Source: Carcharhinus longimanus
Taxonomy: Eukaryota
Direction of reading: 5' to 3'
Length of the DNA: 64,000 bases
Assembly: GCA_030264375.1 (NCBI GenBank)
Contig: JASCQW010000162.1
Location: forward strand, 56,911,074 to 56,975,073
Of the stretch, positions 1 to 12,490 are shown one piece after another. The stretch's first letter is position 1; every line of letters begins with the position of its first letter. The notes beneath the pieces are model-generated. The model was not told where the DNA came from, did no database searches, and saw only the letters and a list, made by a program, of their open reading frames with translations. Made by a program: the position numbers and the translations under genes.

Positions 1-839
1 CATCAGTGAATACATTTTTTGAATAGGTTTGAGTTTTGGCTACAATAGTAATAGTATGAAAGGTATTTTTACAGTAATTTACCCACATTGCAACCTTACT
101 TACTATTAAGCCACAGAAAAGCACTCAACCCAAAATGGTAGAATAAGACATCATTAGTTGAACAGCAGCAAATGGATATTTAAGATATTATGAACCAAAT
201 CCCTTTATAAGTCTCATTATCTTTTACAACTTATTGATTTTATTCAGAAAACTTTATAATGATCATGGATTTTCCTGGAAACAAGGTTAAGCAGGCCAGT
301 GCTCATATAAGCAAGACCGACGGAGACACAAAGTGTATCAGAATGGTGCAGACACACCTTTTGTAAGGTATCCCCAGCCTCTATCTTTCTTCTATGAGCA
401 TTGGAAGCCCGCAGGTCACATCTGGAATAATCACAGCTTCACTTGAGAAATACACTTGTTATGATTTCACTCTGGGAATATGGAAAATTATGCTACCATA
501 TGTTGTAATGAACTAAGTGCTGTGGAACATTACTTGGAAGAAATATTGAAATGTTTTTTTAATCAAAGCCAAGCTATTTGTTTTTGTTGAATGTTGGCTG
601 TGACTGGCTAAGATATGATTGCAGTGACATAACTGATATATTGGATAAACATAAACATACACAGATATTCAAAACTATAGGTGTTATCCAGTCTAAGCCA
701 TGGGGACGATCTTACCAAAGAAATTCTAAGAGCCAAACGAAAATGAAAAGCAGAGAGAAACACGCCCATTTTTACGGCAAGAGAAAATCTCAAATTTTAG
801 GTAATAAAAATGAGGCAAAGTCTGATACTCACCACTTGG

Positions 840-1512
840 GGAGTAGACAGAGTCTATTCATATTGGGAAGCTGGCTGCTGACTGCCAGAAGGTGCTGTTG
901 TGCATGCGCCCGATCTCCCACTGCGCTATGAACTATTTTACCCCCACATACCGCCTCCCCAACACTCCCCCCGCACCCCCCTCCGATTACAGAATGCGCA
1001 GCCTCCACAAGCTGCCTTCCCTTCAGGCCCCACTCCCCAAGGGCCACACCTTGGCACTGCCCAATGGCACTGTCAGGATCCCTGATAGATAGTGTCTGGA
1101 TGCCAGTATGGCACTGCCAGGGTGCCAGGCCTGCACTGCCCAACAGGCTCTGCCCCCGCCCCTGCCCCTGACCACTTGTGGGGGGGCCTAAATGGCCCCT
1201 GATCCCATCACGAGGCTATTACGTCCAGTCTCTGTTGGTCCAGGACCAATACATGATCCCCAGCAGTAAGGACCTCCACCAGCAAGGCCGTTAATATAAG
1301 TCAGCCCGGGCGATAGCGTCCCAGATTCACAAAACATACTAAAATCAGCTTATGAATATCCTAAGCGTGAGGGTGATTACATTGGCAGTTCAGTGCCAGG
1401 AGTATCATGAGAGGTGAGAAATCGGGCACAAACCCATTTTTTTGCCGCTCTTGCAATCTTACCGGCTGTCTCTACACCGATTGACTGGCATGACGAGCCA
1501 GTAAGATCCCCC
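840..1512. mobile_element. GC-rich non-autonomous DNA element (degenerate), related to 59050-59769
   Basis: Internal repeated GGCACTGCC/GGGTGCCAGG motifs shared with 59380-59445; ends in GTAAGATCCCCC, resembling the MITE termini elsewhere in the window. Confidence 0.4.
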
Positions 1513-2051
1513 TAAATCGTGCACTTTCCCCTCAACTCTTGATCACGTATCTCTCTCTCTTACATCATCATGTGAACAGTACTCCTTCTCCAAAGCTAGA
1601 CTTGTCTGACAGCTTGCATCCTTAGTTACCACTTTTGGTGGATGGATAAGTGTGGAAGCTCTTATAAAGAACTCACTACTGTTGGATGAATGTGGTGTTG
1701 TACCAATATTCTATCACTTGAGGTTTCCACTATTAACTCATTCAACCCTGAGCATCATAATACCACTGAATTATTTACGGAATGATTTAAAATCTTTGGA
1801 TTGTTAAGTGACTAATAGCTTAAGCTATTACAAAATCCTAATTTGTTTGTACTGGTAAGATTCTACTCCATTGTTTGTTCGTGTAATAATTCCTCTTCAC
1901 CATTTAATTAAATAACAACTGCAATATTTATGTACATATAACTAATACAGAGGCTTGCAGCCTCATGGCTGCCAGTCAATGTCCAAGAAGACACTGAAGG
2001 AGAAAACCTGAGATTATTATGGTGATTCCCCCACTTTGTTCCTGGATTGGG

Positions 2052-2334
2052 AAGTGCACAGTGGCACAGTGGTTAGCGCCAGGGACCCAAGTTCAATTCC
2101 CAGCTTTGGCCATTGTCTGTGCGGAGTTTGCACGTTCTCTCTGTATCTGTGTGGGTTTCCTCAAGGGACTTTGGTTTCCTCCCATAGTCAAAAAGACATG
2201 CTGGTTAGATGCATTGGGCCATGCTAAATTCTTCTTTAATGTACCCGAACAGACAAGAGTGTGGCGACTAGAGGATTTTCACAATAACTTCATTGCAGTG
2301 TAAGTGTAAGCCTACTTGTGACCAATAAATAAAA
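2052..2334 (+). mobile_element. HE1-like tRNA/V-SINE with alternative 3' tail
   Basis: GTGGCACAGTGGTTAGC head, TGTCTGTGCGGAGTTTGCACGTTCTC core, tail GTGTGGCGACTAG...CTACTTGTGAC-AATAAA. Confidence 0.85.
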
Positions 2335-2494
2335 GCTTAGGTCATATGACCCTTACTCCGCAAAGGGACAATCGCCGCATCCCTCGGGCTCTAAATCCTT
2401 TACATAGTCCAAGATAATTAAACATTTAGTACATGAATTAAGTGTTTCAGGGGGTTTCCGAATCTTTGTGGAGCAGCGTAAAGCCTCTATCTGG

Positions 2495-3200
2495 CCAGGT
2501 CACTCCCACTTCAGTGGGGCTGCAGCAGACAACCTTTGTTGTAATTGTCACAGCACATAGATCTTGACTAGGCCCTCAATGTCAGCATCAATGCCAGGTC
2601 ACAAGACATGACTTCTGGTGAGTGAGCATCTTCATCTTAGATATACCCTGATGGGCACTGCAATTCAGCAAAGAACAATTTTCTTCCTGGTACAGGGATG
2701 ACTACTCTTGCTCCCTGAAGTATGATGCCATCTTCACAACTTTTATACATAGTATGGTTTCACCTCTTCAAAAAAAAAACTCATTGGCCCAATCAGTATT
2801 CTATGCCTCACTATGGACAACAGCAGATCTCTGCTGGTCCAATATTTGATTTGCTGAGCCAAAACTGGCAAAGTGTCTAAGAAGTTCAACACTATAACCA
2901 CTCTCTGGTAAAGACAAGCAACTAAGCACATCTGCATTTTGTGATATGTGTTCCAGGCCTGTGTTTGAATATATATTTGTAGAGGGACAGAATCAATGCC
3001 CAACACTGAATTCTTGCTAGTGTGTTTGGCAGAATAGCCTGGTCATCTTTAAGGAAATTCAAAAGTGGTTTGTGGGCTGTAACAGTGATAAAGTGTCTCC
3101 CATACATGTATTGATGGAACTTCTTTACTCCATATACTATTGACAAGCCTTGTTTTTCAATCTGGGAGTAGTTTTTTTGACCTCTGAGAGGGTTCTCAAG
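2495..3200 (-). mobile_element. Ty3/Gypsy pol remnant (RNase H to integrase N-terminal region), frameshifted
   Basis: Translation GVKKFHQYMYGRHFITVTAHKPLL...ARIQCWALILSLYKY..HRPG matches Gypsy RNase H; downstream EDGIILQGARVVIP and PGIDADIE-like segments. Confidence 0.9.
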
Positions 3201-3217
3201 CTGTACTCTTTAGGTCT

Positions 3218-3750
3218 TACATAAGAACATAAGAAATAGGAGCAGGAGTAGGCCAACTAGCCCTTCGAGCCTGCCCCGCCATTCAATAAGATNNNNNNNN
3301 NNNNNNNNNNNNNNNNNNNNNNNNNNNNNNNNNNNNNNNNNNNNNNNNNNNNNNNNNNNNNNNNNNNNNNNNNNNNNNNNNNNNNNNNNNNNCGACTCAT
3401 GCACAAGGACCCCGAGGTCCCTCTGCACCGTCGCCTGCTGCAGTTTTTCGCCACGTAAGTAATAATCTTACAGACTCATCATTCACCTTATGGTATGCCA
3501 GCACTATATGGAGAGGAATCACAGATTAACAACAATTCCTTAGAATCATAGGATTGTAAGGACAGAAGGAATAGGTGGAGGAGTCGGCCATTTGGTCCCT
3601 CAAGCCTGCTCCGCTATTCAATAAGATCATGGCTGATCTGTTTGTGGACTCAGCCCCACTTACCATAACCCTTAATTCTTTTACTGTTGAAAAATCTATC
3701 CATCTTTGCCTTAAAAATATTCAATGATGTAGCCTCAACTTCTTTACTGG
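3218..3750 (-). mobile_element. CR1/HER1 LINE 3' fragments (one spanning an N gap)
   Basis: ACATAAGAACATAAGAAATAGGAGCAGGAGTAGGCC tail in reverse orientation; QRDLGVLVHES RT motif. Confidence 0.8.
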
Positions 3751-3756
3751 TAGACT

Positions 3757-4248
3757 CATTAGAATCCCAACAGTGCAGAAAAGAAGGAGGCCATTCGAGC
3801 CATTTAGTCTGCACCTATTCTTTGTTCTACTCTGTAACCCTGAGCATTTCCCATGGTTACTCCACCTACCCTAAAGACACCCAATCCAGAGTCAAACTTG
3901 GATCCCTGGCTCTGTGAGGCAGGACTGCTAATCATTGTGCCACCAATTCACCTCCAGAAGGAGGCCATTCAGCTCATCGTGCCTGCACTGCCAACAATCC
4001 CATCCAGCTCCTATCTCTGTAACCCCATGTATTTACCCTGTTAATCCCCTTGACACTAAAGGGCAATTTAGCATAGCCAATCAATCCAACCTGCACATCT
4101 TTGGACTGGGGTGGAAACCAGAACATCCGGAGAAAACCTACACAGACCTGAGGGGAACGTGCAAACTCCACACAGACAGTCACCTGAGGCCAGAATCGAA
4201 CCTGGATCTGAGAGACAACAGTGCTAACCAATTGCCACCATGCTGCCC
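3757..4248 (-). mobile_element. Two adjacent HE1-type SINE copies
   Basis: Reverse-oriented tail AGAATCCC.ACAGTGCAGAAGGAGGCCATTC and GCAAACTCCACACAGACAGT core. Confidence 0.8.
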
Positions 4249-4334
4249 TAAGATGGCTCGAAATGCACGAATAAACTCAACAAATGTAATACCTGCTTTA
4301 CTCTGTTAAAAGATTCCCTCTAAGAAATCTTCCA

Positions 4335-4672
4335 AAACCAACACTGGTGCTTCTTTAGCAGCGTATGAAAGGGAGCCAATATTGTCAACAAATTTGGTGG
4401 AGAACGTCCATAGTAATTCACCATTTCAAAGAATGACTTGAGCTCCAGTGTGTTCCTGGGGCTGGTGCCTCCTTTATTGAGATGACCTTGTTTTCCATGG
4501 GTGTAATCTTCATGCGTCGATGTGATACCCCAGACAGGCTATCCCAGTTGCTTGAAAAGTAAATTTCTCCTCTTGGGGCACGCTCCAACCTTTGAAATCT
4601 CTTTAGCGCCTCCTCTAAATTCACTGGGTGCTCAGCTTCCGTCAATCCAGTTCTCAAAACATCGCCCAGGTA
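4335..4672 (-). mobile_element. Ty3/Gypsy reverse transcriptase remnant
   Basis: YLGDVLRTG..EAEHPVNLEEALKRF (decayed YLDD motif), IKEAPAP, ELKSFFEMVNYYGR segments. Confidence 0.9.
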
Positions 4673-4990
4673 TCATAGCACCCCTACAGTGCAGAAACAG
4701 GCAATTCAGCCCATTGAGTCTGCACCAACCACAATCCCATTCAGGCCCTACTCCTGTAATCCCACATATTTATCCTGCTAACCCCCGGCACTTGGGTCAA
4801 TTTAGCACGGTCAAAGAAACCTAACCCACACCTCTTTGGACTATGGGAAGAAACTGAAGCACCTGGAGGAAACCCACATAGATATGGGGAGAATGTGCAA
4901 ACTCCACACAGTGACCTGAGGATGGAATTGAACCTGGGTTGCTGGTGCTGTGAGGCAGCACTGCTAACTACTGTGCCATCAGGCCACCCG
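4673..4990 (-). mobile_element. HE1-type SINE
   Basis: Reverse-oriented head GCTGTGAGGCAGCACTGCTAACTACTGTGCC plus HE1 tail. Confidence 0.85.
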
Positions 4991-5431
4991 TATACTATAA
5001 CTCATGACAGTCCCTGCAATAAACTTCCAATTGTTCCATGGAAAATAGCACATACTGACCAATGTCACAGGTGTGTAGGTGAGTATACTGAAACAAGTTT
5101 TTGTGTGTGTTTATCGTAAAATAATAGCTGTGTAGTGATAAAAATAAAAATGCACAGGAAATGGCTGCTTGCAACATTTCTTGCAAGAGTTCCTATTGTC
5201 TGTTTTGATGGATGAAAAAAGAAAAGTGCACTTAGCAGGTACAGAATGTGACCCACTAATCAAATCCTTGCATGTGGACTACTGAATGCATTAGTGTTGA
5301 CTTGGAAACCCAAAGGACAAGGAAGGGGATGTACCACATCTCAAGGAAAACACTAAGATCAGGTACAGCCAGAACTTGAAGTGTTGTATTCTTAAGGCCT
5401 TTTGCAAGTAAAAATGTAGTCATCACAAACA

Positions 5432-5590
5432 AGGAATTCTTCTCGGTATCCTGGCTAATATTTATTCCTCAACCACATCATTAAAAAAACTGATTAGTTG
5501 ATAATTATCACATTGCTGAACATGGAATCTCATGCTGCCATGTCATATTACAATGTGAGTACATCTCAAAAGTATTTAATTGGCTTCTTT
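5432..5590 (+). mobile_element. DeuSINE-like (SacSINE1/AmnSINE-related) fragment
   Basis: GGTATCCTGGCTAATATTTATTCCTCAACC...ATTATCACATTGCTG, similar to the Deu domain and to other copies in the window. Confidence 0.6.
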
Positions 5591-5790
5591 CAGGTAGAAA
5601 ATCTTGTAACGGGACTAAGGCCTTGCACTGTATATTGTTATAAAATAGATTTAGACATCCTCATGGCTACATCTAAAGTTTTAGAAACTGGACAAAGACA
5701 TTTTAAAATGGCTGAAACTATGTCTGTCCGTGACCCTGAACAAAAAGAGCTGTCAGGGCATTTTTGCGGAAACTTGCACCTTGTTATTAT

Positions 5791-6067
5791 GATGCCGGAG
5801 TTGAGGGGGTTGAGCTATGAGGAGAGGCTGAATAAACTAAGCTTGCACTCGTTAGAGTTTAGAAGAATGAGGGGAGATCTCATTGAGACGTATAAGATGA
5901 TGAATGGGATGGATAGGNNNNNNNNNNNNNNNNNNNNNNNNNNNNNNNNNNNNNNNNNNNNNNNNNNNNNNNNNNNNNNNNNNNNNNNNNNNNNNNNNNN
6001 NNNNNNNNNNNNNNNNNCAGATGGCCTACTCCTGCTCCTATTTCTTATGTTCTTATGTTCTTATGTT
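5791..6067 (+). mobile_element. CR1/HER1 LINE 3' end spanning a gap
   Basis: MPELRGLSYEERLNKLSLHSLEFRRMRGDLIETYKMM; (TTCTTATG)n tail. Confidence 0.9.
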
Positions 6068-7838
6068 TTTATCTCTGACCCCATGTGGGTTGCAGTGACC
6101 AAATTCAAAGAGACCCATACAAAGGCCACCTATATTTCAGACCTCAGGCAGCCAAACTTAGTCTACCAGGCTGCTAGGACAAAGGATCCCATAACCTTCC
6201 TTTCAATTCTTAATGGATGAGACACCAAACCCTCTTGAACCCAGGCTAGGGAGAAATACCTTGACAAAGATAATGTAAAGAGTTGGACCTCTACCATCAG
6301 AAAACCAATCATACTGTCTTGCTGTTCTGCAAACTTAATCCACCATCTTATCATCTGTAAGCAGAAATCCGGAAAAGAGGTCTGCGAAGTTTTGAATGCT
6401 GGACTCCATCAATATTGTTTCTACTGGAACTTCTGTACTATCACCCCCAAGACTGATTCTTTTTCCCATACCGATCTCATCATGGACGTCAACTCCACTG
6501 GAAAAGTGAATTATACGGCATCAGTTTTCAACCTGCCAACATCAGTGAAGGAATACATCACTGGTCATTGATCCCACATGAAAGGCTATTTCTTTTCTTT
6601 GTGGTCCTTGCCCTGTAATCTTTCTTTTCTCCATGTATCTTTTACTGTATGAGTGCACAAGGGGCATGCTGGTACTAAATCCAGAATCAAAGCAGCACAA
6701 CTCTGGATCACCACGTATATTTTGGCCTGAACTTCATAAGGCTCCATCAGCAGTATAGATCCTCACTACAGTGAGGGAGGGCTGTAAAATTGGGCGCACA
6801 TACCTACGCAACACATTTTGTCCAATTAAAACTGCAATGGTGGATCCAAAATTGGAATTCATATCATTCCTGATGACCTCTCCCTCAGTGTACAACTGCC
6901 TTCAAGGCACACACATGACTGGTTGGCTGACCAGACCTGGACAAGTAGGCTTCTTACTCTGAGAAGTTGATTCCAAAGTTTAATTATTTGTCACCAAGGA
7001 CTTGATTTATTCTGCTTGTTATTTACTGTGCTGATTTCTGTTTAGAGTAGCTGACTTTTGCAATGCAAAACTTTAGGTTAATAGCCCTTTCTTTTCAGTA
7101 GCCATGGCTGGCACTGGCAATTTCATTTGCAGCAAAGCTCTCTGAATGGAAATTTCTTTGGAAATTTCAGTAGCACAATAGGGTACAGCTGAGTAAGATG
7201 GGCTGCCTGAAAGGATAATAAGGCTAGTACAATGATACCTCAAACGTTATTGACATGTAGTAATGGCAAGGAACCTCAGCAAATACCAATGCATGTTGAA
7301 AAAATTGTTTCATTTGCATTTTCATTACTGCATTTATTTTTAACTCATGCATTACAAGACCTACACTTTTCAAATCTGCTTTACAACAACAATCTTGCTT
7401 CTAGCTGCAGTTTTGCTTACAGCACTCCAAGTGACCAGGTTAGCAATTTTTGGGAGCCATTCAAATGCTAGAATTTGCATTTTCTAGCCAAAGGAAGTCC
7501 TTTTGGAGTTTGTCAGAAATTAGCTCTGCTTAGTATTTCCTCTTCGCATATGAGACTGCCTGAATTGCTATGTTACTACTTGATGGTTGACCTAGGGACA
7601 ACTTGCATCACAGAGATTCTCATTCCTATAGATGTGAAAGTCCCTGCTGTATTGTAATTTTACACACATATGCCAAATTACTCAGTCAGTTGTGTACAGA
7701 TACATCAAACAAGTGACAGAGGCCTTGTCCTCTACATGTTCATCAGTTTCCCTGTGGAAAAAATGGCATCAGATCAATAGAGCATGGAATGTCTGTCAAC
7801 TGCAAGGATTCCCAGATTTTAAAATGTGTATAGTACAT

Positions 7839-8790
7839 TGTCATGACCCTAGACAAGACTCTGAAGTACTCAGTAAGATCCAGTTAGGGTCCAACAACTT
7901 TTCATTGAACATTGACAAAAGATTCAAGATACTTGATAAGAGATTAAAGCCACAAGATTCCAAGGGTTTTGAACAAACAAAAATAAACTTTACTATACAA
8001 GATCAAAAGGATAAAACAATTCACAATATCTATCTTATACTCCAACATTCAGGATTAATAGGAGGTACATGTGAATTAACAGGCAACTTGAGGTCGAACT
8101 CACCATGCAGAACAATAAATGGCGAAGGAAACCAAAACAATTTCCATGGATTTCACAACAGCCCACCCAGATATCAGTAAATATGTGAGTCAACGAATCT
8201 TACTGAAACGCTGTCTTTCTCATGAGGAATTACAGTTTTTACCTTCAAAGGTCTTGTCTTGGAATTTTCTCCAAAGGGAAGGCCTCAACAGCAGCCCACC
8301 TTGCAGGGTTTCAGTCTTGTCTCCAGATATTCCATTCCGCTGGATTCCCAAGTATGCACTCAAGCACCAACTCATAAACTTCTGCTCTTTGGCATAGAAC
8401 ACAACTGCTTTTCAGAATGACCTTCACCCCAGGGGCCCAGATCACAGAGAAACCAATCTTCTGTTGCCCTCTTCAATCACCACTGAGCTCTCATCACTTA
8501 CAGTCTGCCAACTTTTCCTTGGAATACTTTCCCGGCTTCTCTCGCTTTCTTTGTAAATTTGGGACCTTTCCCTATTTCTGCCTGGAACTTATCCCTGGTT
8601 ATGGAAGCTCCATTCCCAGCCATGTGACTGAGGCTTTGGTGTTGTATCTTTTTTATCTGTTGATGGAGGCACCCTGAGATTTCCAAAATGTCCATTGTCC
8701 ACGTACAGCTCGCTCTCGGTCCACGCACGCGTGGAAACTCTTGAATTATGCAGGACTCCTGACAACAAATCAAGTCTGGATTTCATGACA
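7839..8790. mobile_element. Putative solo LTR, 952 bp
   Basis: Begins TGTCATGA and ends TCATGACA (perfect 8-bp inverted termini, TG..CA); flanks ACAT/ATAT are a near 4-bp target duplication. Confidence 0.7.
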
Positions 8791-11385
8791 ATATTCAAAA
8801 AACTTGATTTGTTTTATGAATTTTCTTCAATAAGATAAGTATTCCACTTACATTATGGAGTTGCAAGTGTATTTTTCTTGCCAAATCTAATGTCATAAGA
8901 GCAGTGTTTTGGTTAACTTGCTATTTACAACACCGTAAGTGTTGCTGTTTTTAAGCCTTATCACACAAAATATCGTGTACAAACATACTACTTCTAATTG
9001 TTTGTATTAGTTTCTCCCCTTGCTCATACATCATTTTAGGTAATATGTGATTGTAATAGATTGCTTGTTGTATAAAACTTAACTGAACGTATTTTTCTTC
9101 TAAGTGCTCCATTTGAAAACAATCCATAGTTACTGTATGATTCTGATTGCTAATTAATGTCTGTTACCCTTCCAGCCTCATAATTGGCTGTAAACTTGAA
9201 TAATTGCTAATGTTAATGTAGGAGCTATACACAAATGGTACTGGTTTAATTTAAATGCCAGATTTAAATGTTATTAATGTTCTGTTCTCCAATTGTACTC
9301 TGACTGTACCTCAATATTTGAAATAAGCACTTTGGTCTTTGGTCAGATTTTTGTGCTTTTAGCACTTGCAATGATGTTGGCCTGTTTGATTCGATCTCAA
9401 CTCCTATCAGAGCTGCTGATAGCCAAAGTAGTGTCAAATGCATGAGATTCCACTCTCTAGAAAATGAATTGCACCAGAATGCTGAGGTCAGTGCAGCTAA
9501 TTGACATATTCGTCATCCCTTTAATTCACCAGAAAATTGGGAGTCCTGCGTTGTTGTTGAGTGAGGCTCACCATCAGCTTGTAAAATCGACTTCGATAAA
9601 TCCACAGAGATTATGCTGAGGCTTTCTAATGCTCTGTGAGTATTGGGTACAGTTTGGTTACCATGCATCCAAAGAGATACACGTTGAAGAGGGGGCGGAG
9701 AAGAGCAACAAATTGATTATAGTGTGATGGATATGAGCTGAGGAAAATGTCAAGCATCAACAGTACAATCTAAAGAGACATAGGCTGAACAAACATCATC
9801 AAGATATATAAAGCATCTTTCAGTGAGGTTCCCTTTTTGGAGTGGAGGCTTACCAGAAGGAACATAGGTCAGAGATATAGAAACAGTGTTCTCTCATCTG
9901 CTCTCATATCAAATGATAATACACTCTGGGAGAGTAGCATCACTGAATTTATTCTATACTGTATTAAATGACATGCATAAGTTAAAGAAAAACGACAAGA
10001 TAAATCAGGTGAATTGGGAAAGGGGGCATACATTTAAATTAGTATAAAGTCAAGTCTAAAGTTACATTAAAAAATTCTGTTTTAGAGGAATGTTAAACAT
10101 TTTTCACAATTCACCAATAAAAGGGTATAAGTTAAATATCCTCTTTCGTGTTGTAAGATATGCGCTTTATATTAGAATAAGCCTGTGTTATTGCCACGTT
10201 TGGAAAGAAAGGTAAAAGGACCAAAGGTAGTACCAGTGGGCANNNNNNNNNNGAAAGGTTTCTGGAGATTGTTCCAGACAGTGAGGTCAAATAGCTGAAT
10301 GTTCTGCATATACAAGTTGCTAGAGGTAAGGTAGTAAAAACGTAAGTTAGCCAAAGACCTTTAGAACAATGCAAATGTAGTTGAATATGACATTAGATAA
10401 ACTGGTGCACCATGAATAAAAACCTTTGACTATTCTCTGTGATTTTTAAAATACTATTTTAAATAATCCCAACATTTAATGCATTAATTGCCATGCTTGG
10501 TGAGGCCTAGTATCTTTGCTGTTATTACATAAAAATCCCAACCATACTGTTCAAATCTGAACTTCAGTTCGTCACCATCTCTCGAAGTCAGAAGTTTAGG
10601 AAAATTCAAGCTGAATTCCAGCATTTGAGCACATAGTCTAGGATGGCATTACAACACAGATTATAGAACCACTGCTATGTCATCTTCCAAATATGACATG
10701 GATTTGAGGATTGCTTCCTCGGGAAGGTGCAGAAGCCTCTTTGACAAACAAGAGTAGAAAGTAAGTCAATGTTCATCCTTCAACCAACACCAGTAAAAGG
10801 CTGATGTGGGAATTTTTTATCAAATCAATAAGATTTTTAGACTGCAGACATTTAGAAACTGGCAGGATTACTGGCAAAGAGTTAAGTGATTCGTAAACCA
10901 AAATTGTAAGCTAATAAAAGAATAAGTTACACGCATGTGAATGCAGTAAGAGAATTAAACATGTAAGTATGATTTCAACATATGTGCTGATATTTTAAAT
11001 GTAAACATCAGACCTATTTGGAGAGGTCTGGCTGCTCCCCCAGAGCGCTAACTCAACCTTTTGATGGTCTCCTAGCTGCTGATGGTCAAATAAAGTTATG
11101 TCCTTGATTCAGAAACATTGGCTTTGTGAATCTTGTATTGTCTAAGTTTTCCTGACAGTACTGGTCACCTCGGGACCCTACAACACAGGCTAACTGATTA
11201 ATCATCTCTTTTTGGTTGAAGGCCCATTTCTATGAGCAAATCTGCCGTCATTGCCCTTCAAAAGTGTAACTTATTTGCTGTAACATCTTGAGGGTTTGAA
11301 AGGCCCTGTATAAAAAGCAAGTTCTTGCTTCATCTTTTGATTTGTTTATCTTACTTTGCTACATATATTGTAAAAAAAGAAATGC

Positions 11386-11741
11386 GGAAGCTGTAGCCTA
11401 GTAGTATTATCACTAGACTATTAATCCTGAAACTCAGTTAATGTTCTGGGGACTTGAGTTTGAATCCTGCCATGGCAGATGGAGGAATATGAATTCAATA
11501 ATGAAACAAAAATCTGGAGTTAGGAATCAACTAATGACCATGAAAATACTGTCGAAAAAACCTATCTAGTTCACTAATGTCTTTTAAGGAAGGAAATCTG
11601 CCGTCCTTACCTGGTCTGGCCTACATATGACTCCAGAGCCACAGCAATGTGGTTGACTCTCAACTGCCCTCAGGCAACTAAGGATGGGCAATAAATGCTG
11701 GCCCTGCCAGCGACGCCCATGTCCCACAAATAAATAAAGAA
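11386..11741 (+). mobile_element. tRNA-derived SINE (second family) with LINE-shared tail
   Basis: tRNA-like head (CTAGTAGTATTATCACTAGACT..GAGTTTGAATCC), GGAAATCTGCCGTCCTTACCTGGTCTGGCC body, GGATGGGCAATAAATGCTGGCC tail; other copies at 14657 and 58659. Confidence 0.8.
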
Positions 11742-11779
11742 AAGAAATCAGGATTAAGTATATTGCCATTAGAGTCAGA

Positions 11780-11918
11780 GGGCTGGATTCTCTGACCACA
11801 CCCACAGCTGGGATTCTCCAGTCCCGCTGCAGTGAACGGAGATTGGGCTGAGTGCCAAACTCTCTGTCCTCGCCGGCGGGGGTGGTTTGCGGTGGTGAAG
11901 AGCTGGAGAATTCTGGCC
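11780..11918. mobile_element. MITE with GG..CC terminal inverted repeats
   Basis: GGGCTGGATTCTC ... GAGAATTCTGGCC; internal sequence similar to 37847-37972. Confidence 0.75.
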
Positions 11919-12175
11919 ATAGTCATAATAGTACAGAAGAAGGCCCTTCGGCCCATCATGTGCCTGTCTACGTGTTATTTGATTGGAACTCAAAACGGCT
12001 CTGGATCGAATATAAATTGAGGGCATAAAATTCAATTTTCAAAAATACTGCAGGAGGAAGAATTTAAAAAAGAAGATGCACACATTACAGATCGACTCAC
12101 ATCGTGGAATTCAGAACATTGGAACAGAAGCAGCCCCTACAGCCTGTTCCACCTTTCAGTTAGATCATGACCCCA

Positions 12176-12490
12176 TAGGTAGGTGAGTCTAAAACTAGAG
12201 GGCAGAGGTTTAAGGTGAGAGGGGAGAGAGACAGAAGTCTGCAGAGGGGCAATTCTTTCACTCAGAGGGTGGTGAGTATCTGGAACGAGCTGCCAGAGGT
12301 AGTAGTAGAGGCGGGTACAATTTTGTCTTTTAAAAAACACTGAGACAGTTACATGGGTATGATGGGTATCGAAGGATAATGGGCCAAACGCAGGCAATTG
12401 GGACTAGCCTAGGGGTTTAAAAAAGAGGGGCAGCATGGACAAGTTGGGCCGAAGGGCCTGTTTCCATGTTGGAAACCTCTACGACTCTAA
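12176..12490 (+). mobile_element. CR1/HER1 LINE 3' end
   Basis: AAACTAGAGGGCAGAGGTTTAAGGTGAGAGG...TTGGGCCGAAGGGCCTGTTTCC. Confidence 0.85.

Noticed and set aside
4418-4657. 79-aa minus ORF as a host exon
   Set aside because: It is frameshifted Gypsy reverse transcriptase
5498-6220. Longest ORF (240 aa)
   Set aside because: Chimeric read-through of SINE, unique sequence, CR1 RT and an N gap
6260-6354. Minus segment with AG/GT ends (MIRWWIKFAEQQ...)
   Set aside because: No recognisable protein, and it lies in sequence that looks LTR-like; not supportable
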